From assembly GCA_001662655.1 (NCBI GenBank), contig KV460274.1: a stretch of 64,000 bases of DNA; one strand, written 5' to 3'. The stretch comes from Pseudogymnoascus verrucosus. Its lineage: Eukaryota. Under the pieces are notes generated by a model. The model saw nothing but the letters and a program-made list of their open reading frames with translations. It made no database searches and was not told the origin of the DNA. A program made the position numbers and the translations under genes. Positions 12,271-25,120 of the stretch are shown here, in pieces (positions within the stretch are counted from its first letter, which is position 1; the number at the start of each line of letters is the position of its first letter).

Positions 12271-13605
12271 ATCCGTATCTTCACTTGCTCTCTCTTCCTT
12301 CCGAACTTGGTCCAAAGTTAAAACCTTCCCCTTGCTTCTTCTAGACGGAATAAATGGCCCCCCTTCCCATCCCATCCCATATCCATCCCTTCTTTCCCCT
12401 CCTTCCATCGTTCGTCGTTGCCGGTGCCGCTGGTCCATGCCGTATCATCTGACGGCCGCCGTTTCCAGGGCCCCGCCAATTCTCCCAATGGACCACGTCC
12501 ATCCATTCATCCCGTCCATCTCCAAGAAAATGCCCCTCATTAACCCCCAAGCCCACATAAACAGTCGCATCACTTTTCTCGTTGTCGGTATGCTTGAGTG
12601 GTCAACTATTACAATTACAGTATATAGTTATACGCCGTTAGTTTAGTTGTCCCTCCTCTGCCTCTCATCCTCCCCTCTGTGGTCCCTCTGTGGTGAACTC
12701 CCGACCCCTGGGTCACTACGTAAGGCGGCCTGGGGTGGGACGGTGGCGCCTAGGGGCAGAACTGGACCGCCACACTAAGGCCCTGTGCTTGCGCTGTTGG
12801 TGTGCGACTCGAAACAGAGACAGAAACCGCACCATTCCCCATTTTGCGCTTGTCGAAAAGAAAAGAAAAGAAAAAAAGCAATGGTCCTCCCTTTTCGCGA
12901 AAGCAAACAAACAACAACGCCTAGCACTTACTTACCCCCCTTGGCTCTACTTTACTTTGCCCGTGGCCCGCTACAGATCTCCGCCCCAGCGACGACGCGA
13001 GTGGATGGGGGCGCTTCCCGTTTCCCGATTGCCGACCCCGTTTCTGGCCCGAGTGCTGATGATGTGTCGGCGAGGCCTGCGAAAGAAAACTAAAAGAGTC
13101 TGCTGCCCCTGCCCCGGCGGCTACAAACACAAGTCATTGGTAATTCTCTGTCGCGCTGCCATCGCGACGATTGGCTGTGGTTCCATCCATCGGGGCGCAT
13201 CCAATTAATATGGATACTCGCGCCGTTCGAAGGGGGAAACGGTGCATAGCTGAAGAATGATACAAGTAATTTAAGCTGGTGGATTGCCCTTCCTGGCGTC
13301 ATCTCCGAGCAAAACTGCTGTTTGAAAGGCTACAATATGACGACCGTCGCCCTGGGTGATCTAGAATGTCTAATCTGCACATAATTCTTGTAAACGCTGG
13401 CTCCTATGCCCAGTCTCTCTCCAAGCTTTTGAGCGGCACACGGGTACTGTCGCATCATCTCCCATGACGATGTGCCATTAATTGCATCACGTGACGGCGC
13501 GTCCCGTTGTCCCTTCCGGACGCGATATACGTCATCCCCACTATGCCGGCGTTAAATCCCAACCACGACGCAATATGCAATTATAGAAGCCAGAAAATCG
13601 GTTTA

Positions 13606-13790
13606 ATAAATACTGTAAATAATAATTCACCATTTGCAAATTAATTTTCCCCCATATCGAGTTGTGCCGATTGATTATGAGAATTCCCCGAAAAATATTG
13701 TTTAGTTGTGGGACGCGCCTAACTTTCCCCACGGCAACGCTTATCCCAAAGTAGCCGAAAGTAAACATAGTAAACACCACCCAAATCTGG
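13606..13790 (+). promoter_or_regulatory. Candidate forkhead (RTAAAYA) site cluster with CArG-like box upstream of the B-type cyclin
   Basis: ATAAATA 13606, GTAAATA 13615, TGTTTA 13699, GTAAACA 13761 and 13770, CCAAATCTGG 13781-13790, ACGCG 13713. Confidence 0.5.
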
Positions 13791-14145
13791 GGACCGAGCT
13801 TCATCCCCTTTGGGAGATTCGATCATCTTAATCCAGCTCCACAACAAAACCAATGTCTTGAATAACATCAACATCAATCAGGTATCCGTAGGGACTTGGC
13901 TTGGTTCCTGTCATTCATCAACATAATCTTCTTTTCTTCTTCCTTTCCCAATCGCCAGGCCATACACACACGCCTAATTGACATCCTCCTTTCGTTGTCT
14001 GCTACGAAAAGGAGTTCGATGATCAACAAGCTTTAAGTCGACCTTTGACGCGACAAACACCAATTTCTCGACGCCTCTTTGCACTCTCCCTCAATCGTTG
14101 TTTATACGCCTAACAATATCAATTCCGAGCGGGAATTTTGCAGTC

Positions 14146-16579
14146 ATGGACGCGAAGGTAAGATTTGTTTTCATTCTTGTTATTGTTTTGATCCGAACTC
14201 ATCAACCACAACAACATCGACATACCTTCCCAATTGCCAACGAAACTTGACACGCCTCTGACTCTTCACTCATACCTGGCACAATATATATTTGGCAACA
14301 CCATCTATCGATCTCTCTTGCTAACAACTTTTCTCCAACAGCCGCATCGTCGGGGTCTCTCCCACATCCACAACGACGAGAACGCAGCTCCTGTATCGAA
14401 ACAATTGCACCAACGCCACAAGTCGACTGGAGCATTGTATCACACCATGTCTGCTGCTACTGGCCTGAATGCTGTTGCTAAACGTGCTGCCTTTGGTGAT
14501 GTGAGCAATACCTCTCGTGCTCTCAATCACGCAAAGGACGATCTTGTTGTTTCTGCCAAAGGCAATGGCACTGAGTATGTCAAGCTCCAAGTGCTGGAGA
14601 AAGAAAACGCACTCAGCCGTCCTGCCCAACGCCCACTCACTGCGACTGTCAAGAACACCATTTTGGGGCTCAACAGAGCCAACCAGTCGGCTCTTCCAAC
14701 CACAACAAACAAAATTTCTGCTGTCCCTTCGGTCATCCCAACCCAGGTCGTGAGGCCACGAGCATCCTCAAAGCGCATCACAGCTATCTACAAAGATGAG
14801 AATTCTGTAAAGCCCCAACAGGCAGCAGAGCCTGCAAAACAACAAAATGTCCCAATCGCTTCAGCTCCAATCCCACCAGTTCACCAGACACTTGGACCAC
14901 GCCACCACAAGAGCCAACCGCAGTTGAAGCTCGACCAGCCTGTCCTTCGTCGGACGCAGAGCAAGTACATGTACAATGTATTGCCAACCGTTCTCAGCGA
15001 CTCCATCCCCTCGTCTTCGAGCATTAGCTTCAAGGATGCTCCAGTCGCAGAGGAGCCAAAGCTGCCATCTGTTGCAGATAATAGCTACGACTACCAGTCC
15101 TATGATGCCCCTGTCCAGTCGCTGGTCAAGGCCGACCCGATTGCTACTGAAATTGCTGTTCCTACTACCGACGAGTATGTTCCAGAAGAGCGCCTGCTTC
15201 CAGCGCTTCCTTCCGAGCCCGAGGAGTATTGGGAGGAAGAGGAGGAGGTTTACGATGAGCAAGGTTACACCACCGCCCACTCTTACAGATCTCGTGGCGA
15301 CAACACTACCGGCGGAGCTACTACAGTCATGATTCCAAAGCTCAACAGCAAGGTTGAGAGAGAGCTTGAGGCCGCCAAGATGATCGTTGAGGGCTCAAGA
15401 ACTCGTGAGGAGATTGAAGATGACATGTGGGATACCAGCATGGTTGCCGAGTACGGAGATGAGATTTTTGGGTACATGAGAGAACTCGAGGTTAGTGCTG
15501 AATTTTTTATTTGTTGTGATTTTCATTTGTCGAGGAGCTGATGTTGACGCGACCCCCGGCCCGGCCCTCGTACACGTCACGGTTGACGCCGCAACACCCC
15601 CTGTTTATTTGTTTACTATAGCACATGATGAACCTATACTAACCAACCACAATTTTAGATCAAGCTGGCCCCAAACCCACACTACATGGACAACCAAGCT
15701 GAGATTCAGTGGTCCATGCGCTCTGTTCTCATGGACTGGCTCATTCAAGTTCACCATCGCTTCTCGCTCCTTCCCGAGACCCTGTTCCTTTGTGTCAACT
15801 ACATTGATCGCTTCTTGTCTCACAAGATTGTGTCTCTTGGAAAGCTTCAGCTGGTTGGCGCCACTGCCATCTTTGTTGCCGCCAAGTATGAGGAGATCAA
15901 CTGCCCTTCGGTGAGCGAGATCGTCTACATGGTTGACGATGGATACTCTGTGGATGAGATCCTCAAGGCCGAGCGCTTCATGCTTGGTATGCTCGACTTC
16001 GAACTCGGATGGCCGGGACCAATGAGCTTCCTCCGCCGCATCAGCAAGGCTGATGATTACGATCTTGAGACCCGCACTCTGGCTAAATATTTCCTTGAGG
16101 TGGCTATCATGGATGAGAGATTTGTTGGAACTCCTCCCAGCTTTGTTGCTGCTGGTGCGCAGTGCATCTCTCGCATGATGCTGAAGAAGGGTGACTGGGT
16201 AAGTCTAGGCCTAAACTAACAACATTCTGTGCATGCATACTAATTTTATTAGACTCCTGCACACGTGCACTACTCCGGCTACACCTGGACGCAGCTTAGA
16301 CCTCTCGTGTCTCTCATGCTGGAGTGCTGCCGCAACCCTGAGAAGCACCACGCCGCCGTCTTCGACAAGTATTCTGATCGTCGATACAAGCGTGCCTCCG
16401 AGTATGTGAAGACCACCATCGCATCGGGCTTCAAGCTCCCTCTCGCTCTCCCAGACTACTCTCTTCCCTCCCGCGGAATGATTGGCGACTCGGATGGCTT
16501 CATGCCATACGACTCATACTCGTCTCCCCACGGCATCTACAACAACAACAACAACAACATGGTTCAGGTCAAGGGCTAG
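14146..16579 (+). CDS. G2/M B-type cyclin (Clb3/ClbA-like)
   Basis: Micro exon MDAK (14146-14157); introns 14158-14341, 15490-15658, 16199-16252. Destruction box RAAFGDVSN. Cyclin box MRSVLMDWLIQVH...KLQLVGATAIFVAAKYEEI and PGPMSFLRRISKADDYD. Confidence 0.93.
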
Positions 16580-18555
16580 ATTCAGCGGCCGCATCAATGT
16601 TCGAGCACAATCCGTACATTACTCTACGTATTTGTATAATTTTTCATTATTCGCCAGGTACGGCAGGCATCGATGTCCTATTACCAATTACGGCATCTTC
16701 GCCTCGCCCGCGTCTGCGTCTTATCACCCGTCATCAAAACTAAACATCGCTCTCACACGCCATTAGAACATACTACCACTACACGGAGTACATAATTTCC
16801 TTACTATTCGAAAACCATTACGACTCTCTCCCTGGTTGTCGGAAGACCACTACGGGTCTCGACAACAACAATTCGCATACACCGCGCGCTTTTTTTTACT
16901 TTTCCCATGGCGTTTGCTGTCAGAGATCGGGCCGGCGTTTACGACACGATACCACGAGACATGATTCTCCTTTGCATTTGAACTGGAACCTCTTTTTCTT
17001 AATTAAAAAAACACTGGGATGGACTACTGTTGGCTTCTTCTGGCTGGTGGTGTGGCTTGTTTCCGAGGGGGGGTTTTTTGCCTCTTCTTCCATGTTTGTT
17101 ATGGGCTGGCGCTCTGGCGGGTTACTTTTGTCTTCTTCTCTCTTTTCATTCGGATGGGGGAAAGGGAGGAGGGAGCTCTGGAGGGTGGATAGGCGGTATA
17201 ATAGAATAAAACCTCCGTTCAGACCCATTTAAGTTGATGATCTTATGATTTTGATTTGGTGATCTGTTTGTAATGGTCTTAATTGGCATCAGGGATTGTA
17301 TACTGTATGTCACAGCAGTCTTCAACACACCCATTTCACTACCAGTTGATGTCTAAGACTGTCACTGCGATTTCTTATTCAGGTAACAAAAAGTACAGTG
17401 TGTCATGGTTTACACGCCTGGATCGTGCACCAAGTCATGCACGACAAATTCCATTAACAACCGCATCCCTGTTTAGTATCGTAGCTCCTTGGAAACCCAG
17501 GTGCCGAGCCGTCTTAGTCAGAGGTACACACACATACACATACATACTGTGCAGTACTATCGTAAAAGACGATGAGGGTTAGAATGCAGCGGTGCGGGAT
17601 AATGAGGAGTAACATTTGACTGATAGTGGATTGAAAAAGCCCTCTGTAATACCCCATAATCTGTGGGTTAGTGTATGGTGTTTACTTCTTGCAAGTCACA
17701 TGGTCATCTCATTCTCTAACAAAGCACATGTGAACAAATGGCGGGATTGGGGTAATTTAACTAGAGAATACGTGTACTTTCTACTGCCCTACAGTAGAAA
17801 GTATAGTATATACCAATTATACCTGTACAGAGAAGCAGGAACGCGTAAAATATATTACTCACAAAAATCTAACGGGTTCAACTAATATAAATCCCTTATA
17901 ATATTTGCTTTTTTCCCTTTTCCTTTTTACCCTCACGCCACGTCCTCCCCATAGCAAACCAAAAAAAACCCCACACAAATCCAATTTTCCCTTTTACCCC
18001 CCATCCATGCATGTTTCTTGGTTGCGCCTTCCCAAGTGGCGCTATCCCGCATTAGATTGGCGCAGGGTGGCGGCATCCGACGCGCCCGAGGCCCTAGGTA
18101 AAACACCCCCCTCCTCTGATTGGTCCACCCCACCGCGACCCTCGCCGAAAGCACAGGTCGCGAAATACTTTTTTGTATGGAGACCCCGTGGGCGAACTCG
18201 TTAGACTGACTTTGGGGCTAAACTTACACCGCGGCCGACCTCGGAATTTAGAGGGACAGAGAGAGCACAGGGAGCACTTTTTGATTGCATTTGCTGCTTA
18301 TCCATTCTTTTACCCTCAACGACCGACGCCCTTTTTCAGCGATTCTGTTTTTTTTTTGCAATTGGTGTAAAATACGAGGCTATTTAATTGCCCTGCGTTT
18401 TGATTCGAGAGCGCGGAGACCGTGGTTTAGAATTTCTGCGAGGCTGGGGCTTTTTGTGGCGGGATTTACGACTCAGAGGTCGCCTCTTCCTCCGACACTT
18501 TTGGGGATTATAGACTCTGCTCGCACGAACACTTCACGACGTGAAATCCGCAATC

Positions 18556-20818
18556 ATGGCGACTGTTCGTGATGTTGTCCCCGTGGCCTCCAAGGTCAAG
18601 GAGACTGTCAAGGAGACGCTGTTGGGCTCGGAAGAGCCGGCGCAGCTGTCGGCGCATACGCAGGCTACCTTTTTGAAGCACGCGCATCACGATGAGGCGG
18701 CGGGAGAGCTGGTGATGACCGAGTCCGAGTTTGTCGATGCGATTGCGCCCAAGAAGGAGGATTATGTGAGTTTGCACCACCACCACCACTGGATACGCGT
18801 CGCGGGCTGTTTGAATTGGGAGGCTAATGACGCATAATTATCTAGCATAAAATCAAGCGTGAACAATATGCGATACTCTTCCGCGTGGCGGACAGGAAGG
18901 GGGCAGGGCAGATAACGTTACAAGACTACGGCGCGTTCGAGAACCTGCTCGCGAAGCCGGATGCGGAGTACGACATCGCCTTCCGCCTGTTCGATGTCGA
19001 GCGCGAGGGGACGGTCAAGTACGACCAGTTCAAGAAGCTGTGTGAGCTGAACAAGGGCACTGATAGCATCCCCTTCGACTGGGACTGCGAGTGGGCGAAG
19101 CTATACTCGGGGGGCAAGAAGAACAGGCATGAGTTGACGTACGAGCAGTTCGCGCAGATGCTGCGCGGGCTGCAGGGCGAGAAGATCAGACAGGCGTTCC
19201 ACCTGTTCGATAAGGATGGCGATGGATTCATTGAGCCTGAGGACTTCCAGCGCATCATTGTCGGGACGGCGAAACATAAGTTGTCCGACCATCTCCTCGA
19301 TAATCTGCGCACGCTGTGTAACATCTCGGCGGGCAGCAAGATCTCGTACGCCAACGTCCGCGCGTTCCAGAATATGATTAGGGAGATGGATTTGGTGGAG
19401 CTGATTATCAGGCATGCGGCGGATAGGAGTCCGGATGGGAAGATTACGCGCACGGATTTCCTGAATGAGGCGGCGAGGATCACGAGGTTCTCCCTCTTCA
19501 CGCCCATGGAGGCGGATATCCTGTTCCACTTCGCGAGTCTCGACGAGCCGTCGGGCAGACTCGGATTGTCTGATTTCGCAAAGGTGCTTGATCCCTCGTG
19601 GCGCAGCCCGCTCGTGGGTGCTGTGAGCGATATGGCCGCCAGGAATGCGGCGGTTGTCAAGACGACCTCGCAGAAGGTGATTCACCAGATTCTTGAATCT
19701 GTGCACCACTTCGGACTGGGTTCGCTTGCCGGTGCCTTTGGTGCGTTCATGGTGTACCCCATTGATCTGGTCAAGACGCGAATGCAGAACCAGCGTAGCT
19801 CGAGAGTTGGGCAGGCGCTGTACAAGAACTCGCTCGACTGCGCGAAGAAGGTTGTCAGGAACGAGGGCTTCAAGGGCCTGTACTCGGGTGTTATTCCCCA
19901 GCTGATTGGGGTGGCGCCGGAGAAGGCTATTAAGCTTACCGTTAACGATTTGGTGCGCACGCACTTCTCGAAGGATGGGAAGATTAGACTTCCGCATGAG
20001 ATTTTGGCGGGTGCTAGTGCTGGAGCGTGTCAAGTTGTGAGTATTATCCTACAACCCCCCTAAATCCTTCATTGGCTAATGAGTATATCCAGGTCTTCAC
20101 CAACCCCCTCGAAATCGTCAAGATCCGTCTCCAAGTCCAAGGCGAAGCCGCCAAATCCCTCGAAGGCGTCCCCCGCCGCTCCGCCATGTGGATCGTCAAG
20201 AACCTCGGTCTAATGGGTCTCTACAAAGGCGCCTCCGCCTGTCTCCTCCGCGACGTTCCCTTCTCCGCCATCTACTTCCCCACCTACAATCACCTAAAGC
20301 GCGACTACTTCGGCGAGTCCGCCACCAAGAAACTCAGCGTCCTCCAGCTCCTCACCGCCGGCGCCATCGCCGGCATGCCAGCCGCCTACCTCACCACCCC
20401 CTGCGACGTCATCAAGACCCGTCTCCAAGTCGAGGCTCGCAAGGGCGACACCGCTTACACCTCGCTCACCCACTGCGCCAAGACAGTGTACAAGGAAGAG
20501 GGCTTCAAGGCATTCTTCAAGGGCGGTCCTGCGCGCATCATGCGCTCGTCGCCGCAGTTCGGGTTTACCCTCGCGATGTACGAGGTTCTGCAGAACCTGC
20601 TCCCGATGCCGGGGAGTGAGCAGGATCACGCGCCGCATATGGGCGCTGTGAGTGCCGCTGCCGGGGGGTTGAGGGAGGCGCAGGGGCCGTTGACGTTCTT
20701 GAGGAGTAGGAATGCGTTGAAGGTCATTTTGGATGTGGATGAGGATTTTGGGCGCGTGAGGACGCCGGATGAGAAGGGGTGGAGGGGTATTCCGATGATA
20801 GTGGGGGGGAAGGCGTGA
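18556..20818 (+). CDS. AGC1: Calcium-binding mitochondrial aspartate/glutamate carrier (Aralar/citrin-type)
   Basis: Introns 18766-18845 and 20037-20092. EF-hand [13 protein letters not shown]. Three mitochondrial carrier signatures: [30 protein letters not shown]. Confidence 0.93.
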
Positions 20819-21442
20819 GTGTGTGTGTGTGTGAGAGAGAGAGAGGGGTGTGATGGGTGTGACGGGTGATGGTGCCGGTTGGGTGGAAAAGTCTGTGCGT
20901 TTGGATAGATGGGGGATTAGATCTCTTTTCATATCGTTTGCATTTTTGCATTAGACTTCTTCAGAACGCAAGATTAGAGCCGAGCGAGCACGGTGGTTGG
21001 GAGGGAAGATGGATTAGATTAGAGTGTATAGTTGCATGAGGAAGGGGGGTTGGAATCTCAGGAGAGAAAGCAAAGAGGCGCAGGATGCATGTTTGGAATT
21101 TTATTTGGATTGTTTATTCGTACTCTGTAAAAAATATCACTTTGAATATATGCACTGATCATGGGACCGTAACAATTCCTAAAAAATGACTCAGTTTAGG
21201 AGGTTTAGAGGGAGGACGGACAGCATAACGTGACCTGCAACCCCTGTCGATGCCTGTGAAACCTGGTGGGACCCACCGAGACACTTTCCCCAGTTTTCGG
21301 CAGCGACGATCCACGCTTTGTGTCCGTCAGTGGAGTGCCACCATTCCCGAATTGGTTAAAAATGGCGTCCTCGCCCGCCCTCGCACGACCTGAAGACGGC
21401 AACACGATCTATAAATATAAATTACCATCTTTTATCAATTCG

Positions 21443-23825
21443 ATGATATTTCGATTCGCACTCTCTTTGGCATTCGTGGCTGGGGCTGTGGTGACGGCTG
21501 GGGTGGTTTCGACGCAGGCGCTTTTGAAGGAGCAGCAGGACTCATTACTGGTACAAGAGCTGCCCGCGCAGGCTGTCTTTCCGGGGCCGTGGGATAGGTA
21601 TATTCAGGCGCCTGCTAATAAAGCTCATATTCGACCAAAAGCCATACATCTCTCGAATGGCGATGTTGTCAACCCCTCTGCGGTTTTGGAAGGTGGTTTA
21701 GGCAGCAGCACTTTGGGCGCTGGTGGAAATGTGATATTTGATTTCGCGCAGAATATCGGAGGACGGTAGGAATCTTTGTTTGTTCGAGGAGGGATGTTAG
21801 ATGCTAATTATTTTTTCAAGTGTCTGCTTTCAGGTTGCTTCTGTGGTGAATAATACGTTTCTTGCTCTGACGTACTCGGAGTCGCCGACGTATGCGACTG
21901 TGGATGGGGATGCGACGAATAATAATAAGCCTACCGATCTGCCGTTATACTTTGGGCTGAGGAACGGCACGAATTGTGTTGGGACTGGGTTTATTCGTGG
22001 GGGGTTTAGATTTTTATCTATTCGCCTGCCGTTGGACCCAAAGGAGGACAAAGGGTTTTGGGATACTAGTTCGAGGGAATCAGTTACAGATGCATCAAAG
22101 AGGGATCCAGGTGCCACTGTATCTTTGACTGAACTCTGGGTCAACTGCACAGCATTTCCCTCGAACCCAAACCCGCGCGCATACACTGGCTATTTCTCCA
22201 GCTCCTCCAATGTGTTGAATCGCGTTTGGTACGCTGGCGCATACACGTTACAGCTTTCAACGATCGTCCCCACACAAGGAGGCGCATCCATAGACTACAA
22301 CGCTATTGTCGATGGCAACAAATCTCCCGTCGATTCGTGGTACTCGAACTTCACTATCAGCAACGGTACTTCCGTTACAACCGATGGCGCCAAGAGGGAT
22401 CGCATGGTGTGGCCAGGCGACATGTCCATAGCAGTCCCAGGCATCGCTGTCTCCACGCGCGATATGGTGTCGGTTCGTAACGCCCTCGACACTCTTTTTG
22501 CGCATCAGTACGGTGATGGGAGTTTACCTTATGCGGGGCCGCCTATGGGAACGATACACGAATTTAGCGACACTTACCACATGCATTCGCTCCTCGGGGT
22601 GTACAACTACGTGTTGTATTCCGGGGACCTGGGATGGCTTGAAGATCACTGGTACAACTATACGGTTGCGTTGAATGTTAGCATTGCCAAGGTGGACAAC
22701 AGTGGCTTAATGCACGTAACTAGCACTGCGGATTGGCTGAGATCTGGGATGTCGGGGCATAATATCGAGGCTACAGCTATCTTGTATGATGTCCTGCAGA
22801 AATCCATTGAGCTTGCCGGCTTCCTCGGTGACGACAGGTCTGAGGCGCAACCTGGGGGGCTTTGGTCTAAGACTGGTGATAGGATCAGAGCGGGTGTTGA
22901 GAAGCTAGATTGTCCCCGTGCCGGCCTCTTCGCCGACAATAGCGAAGACCGCAGGTGTGGAGGGTCTGACGAAGTTCTTCCTCAGGATGGAAATTCCTGG
23001 CTCCTCTTGGCCGGCGTGCTTGCCCCGTCGGATCCTCGGCGTCTCAATGTGAGCAAGAGCTTAAAATCGCGGTGGACCAAATTTGGTCCCCCGGCCGTGG
23101 AGGCTCCTAATATAATCAGTCCGTTTGCGAGCAGCTTTGAGCTGCAGGCGCATTGTGCGGTTGGAGACCATGACACAGCTGTTGAGCTGATGGAGCTGAT
23201 GTGGGGGTACATGCTTGATGGACCTGGGATGACGAATTCTACACTCCTGGAGGGATACAGGATTGATGGCTCTGTGGGATACCCCGCATACACCCACCCA
23301 GCTCGAAATAGTCACTGTCATGGTTGGAGTACCGGTCCCACTATGGTTCTTCTCACGAGCATACTTGGGATCCAATTTACTGCTCCTCTGGGCCGGTCGT
23401 CCATCATTAGACCACATCGGACGAAGTGGCTAAATCATGTGGAGGGCGGTTACTCGACGTCACTGGGGAAGTTTGCCGTCAAGCTGAAAGGGATGATCGG
23501 TAAAGGGGCCAGAGAGGCAGAGGTTTTACAGGTCTTGACGCCAACCGACACGTCGGGGACTGTATATTGGGGAGGCAACCAGACTGTTCATAATGGTGGG
23601 GTGCTGAAGGTTGCAAGATATTTGGATTCGCCTGGACAATGGATTACGCTTTTGAATACTACCGATTATGGCGACGAGAAGGATGATACGACCTGGGCGA
23701 CTGACTCTGAAGGGGATGGGGAGTTTTTGCCAGACACTGCGTGGGTAAAGCCAAGCAGTTCGGAGAGGGAGGTCGGGGTGGTAAACTGGAGTCTTATTAA
23801 GCCAATTGTTGTTGAGGAATTATGA
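21443..23825 (+). CDS. Secreted glycoside hydrolase family 78 (alpha-L-rhamnosidase-like)
   Basis: TATAAAT at ~21410; signal peptide MIFRFALSLAFVAGAVV; intron 21766-21820. Motifs FDFAQNIGG, RGGFRF, VWYAGAYTLQ, DGAKRDRMVWPGD, SHCHGWSTGPT. Confidence 0.88.
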
Positions 23826-23927
23826 GCATGGTTGTATTGTTAACAGAAGCTCTACGCCTTCTATATATACCTAGTATCATTCGTTAAAGGGGCCTTAGGT
23901 GCCCTTGTCAGTATCTATAAACAGTAT

Positions 23928-24844
23928 TCATATCTTTTTCCAGGCTTCAAACTCCACAGCAAGATGCTCATTCAATCTAGCAAAACTCCTCCCAAATCCC
24001 GCGCCGCACCTCCAACACTTCAAGTCTTGACTCAAATACCCTGCCTCAGAGGGGTCTCGTCTCGGGTCGTCTGCCGCCAGGGGAAATGCGTCGAGGGGTA
24101 CAAAGAAGGGGGTGGTAAAACTATTGTAGTGCGCTCTATTCTTCATGCACTCCGAGTACCTGTCCACGGACAACACATGGACATGCAGGTGGCTCATAGA
24201 CGGGTGCGCATGGATCCCCATCATAACCTCGCTCTCCCAATCTCTCCCCTTCGGCAGCTCCTCCCCATCCGCCAACTCCACCTCACCATTCAAAACGCGC
24301 TCACGCTCTTGGTCCAGCTTCGACACCTTGCCATACCGCCGCCGCAACTCCTTCGCCACGAGCTTACGCAGCTTTTCCGACTCAGCCACCGTAGCAGCCA
24401 GGAACGCGGCATCTTCAAAGGCGTCAACCGGATGTAGGAGGTTGCGCTCTGAGCGCGGCAGAAGGAGCGTGTGCACGCTCGACTTCGGGTAGAGGTCATT
24501 GACTGCGACGGCGGTGTCGTTGTAGAATATCACGTCGGAGGGCGGGAAGGCGGCGGGGTTGTACGTGTAGGCGCCTAGACCGCGGCGGCCTTCGAAGACG
24601 ATGGGTTTTTCGTGGGGGGAGGAGGAGGGGACGATGGTGGTTTTGCGGGATTTGTGACGCATTAACTCGGTGACTGGGGAGGTTAGCTGAGGCTTAGGGG
24701 GGTGGGGTGGGAGGGAGGGGGGAGGATATATTTACATGCGTTGCGGTTGGGGTGTATTGACGTGGATGAGGCTGGCGGCACGATGGTGCCTTGTATTTCC
24801 TCCTCTGTGATGGCATCTTGTGTTTCTTCTGTAGGTGAAGCCAT
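23928..24844 (-). CDS. HNT3: Aprataxin-like HIT-family DNA deadenylase
   Basis: Intron 24674-24735 joins RNAF|TELM. Motifs DLYPKSSVHTLLLP, HIT variant GIHAHPSMSHLHVHVLS, HYNSFTTPFF and zinc finger CWRCG...HL..E. Confidence 0.9.
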
Positions 24845-25120
24845 CACTAACTATATATATAAATTGCCGCACCTAGCAAAGGACAGGAAGCCGTGAAACT
24901 AAGAGCTGTTGTTGGAGGGGGGTATATGTAGTTTGGAGTCGGGGTGCTATGAATAAGGGTCCAACAATCACTGATAGCGCACCGATAAGCCGTGGCGGGA
25001 TGACGTCCATTTCTAGGTCCCGCCACACCCCTCAAAAAAATCTCCCAGTCGCATCCAAAGCCCCACGCCAGGAACCACAACACATGGATCGCTGAACCTG
25101 CCGAATACAATCGACCTACA

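Noticed and set aside
11000..13500. Many short ORFs in the long intergenic region
   Set aside because: Low-complexity, microsatellite-derived translations with no consistent splice or family signal.
15515..15631. Box C/D snoRNA in cyclin intron 2 (CTGA and ATGATGA present)
   Set aside because: The good C box lies 3' of the D box and no terminal D box follows within the intron.
19101..20033. Long minus-strand ORFs over AGC1
   Set aside because: Antisense shadows caused by GC3-rich codon usage.
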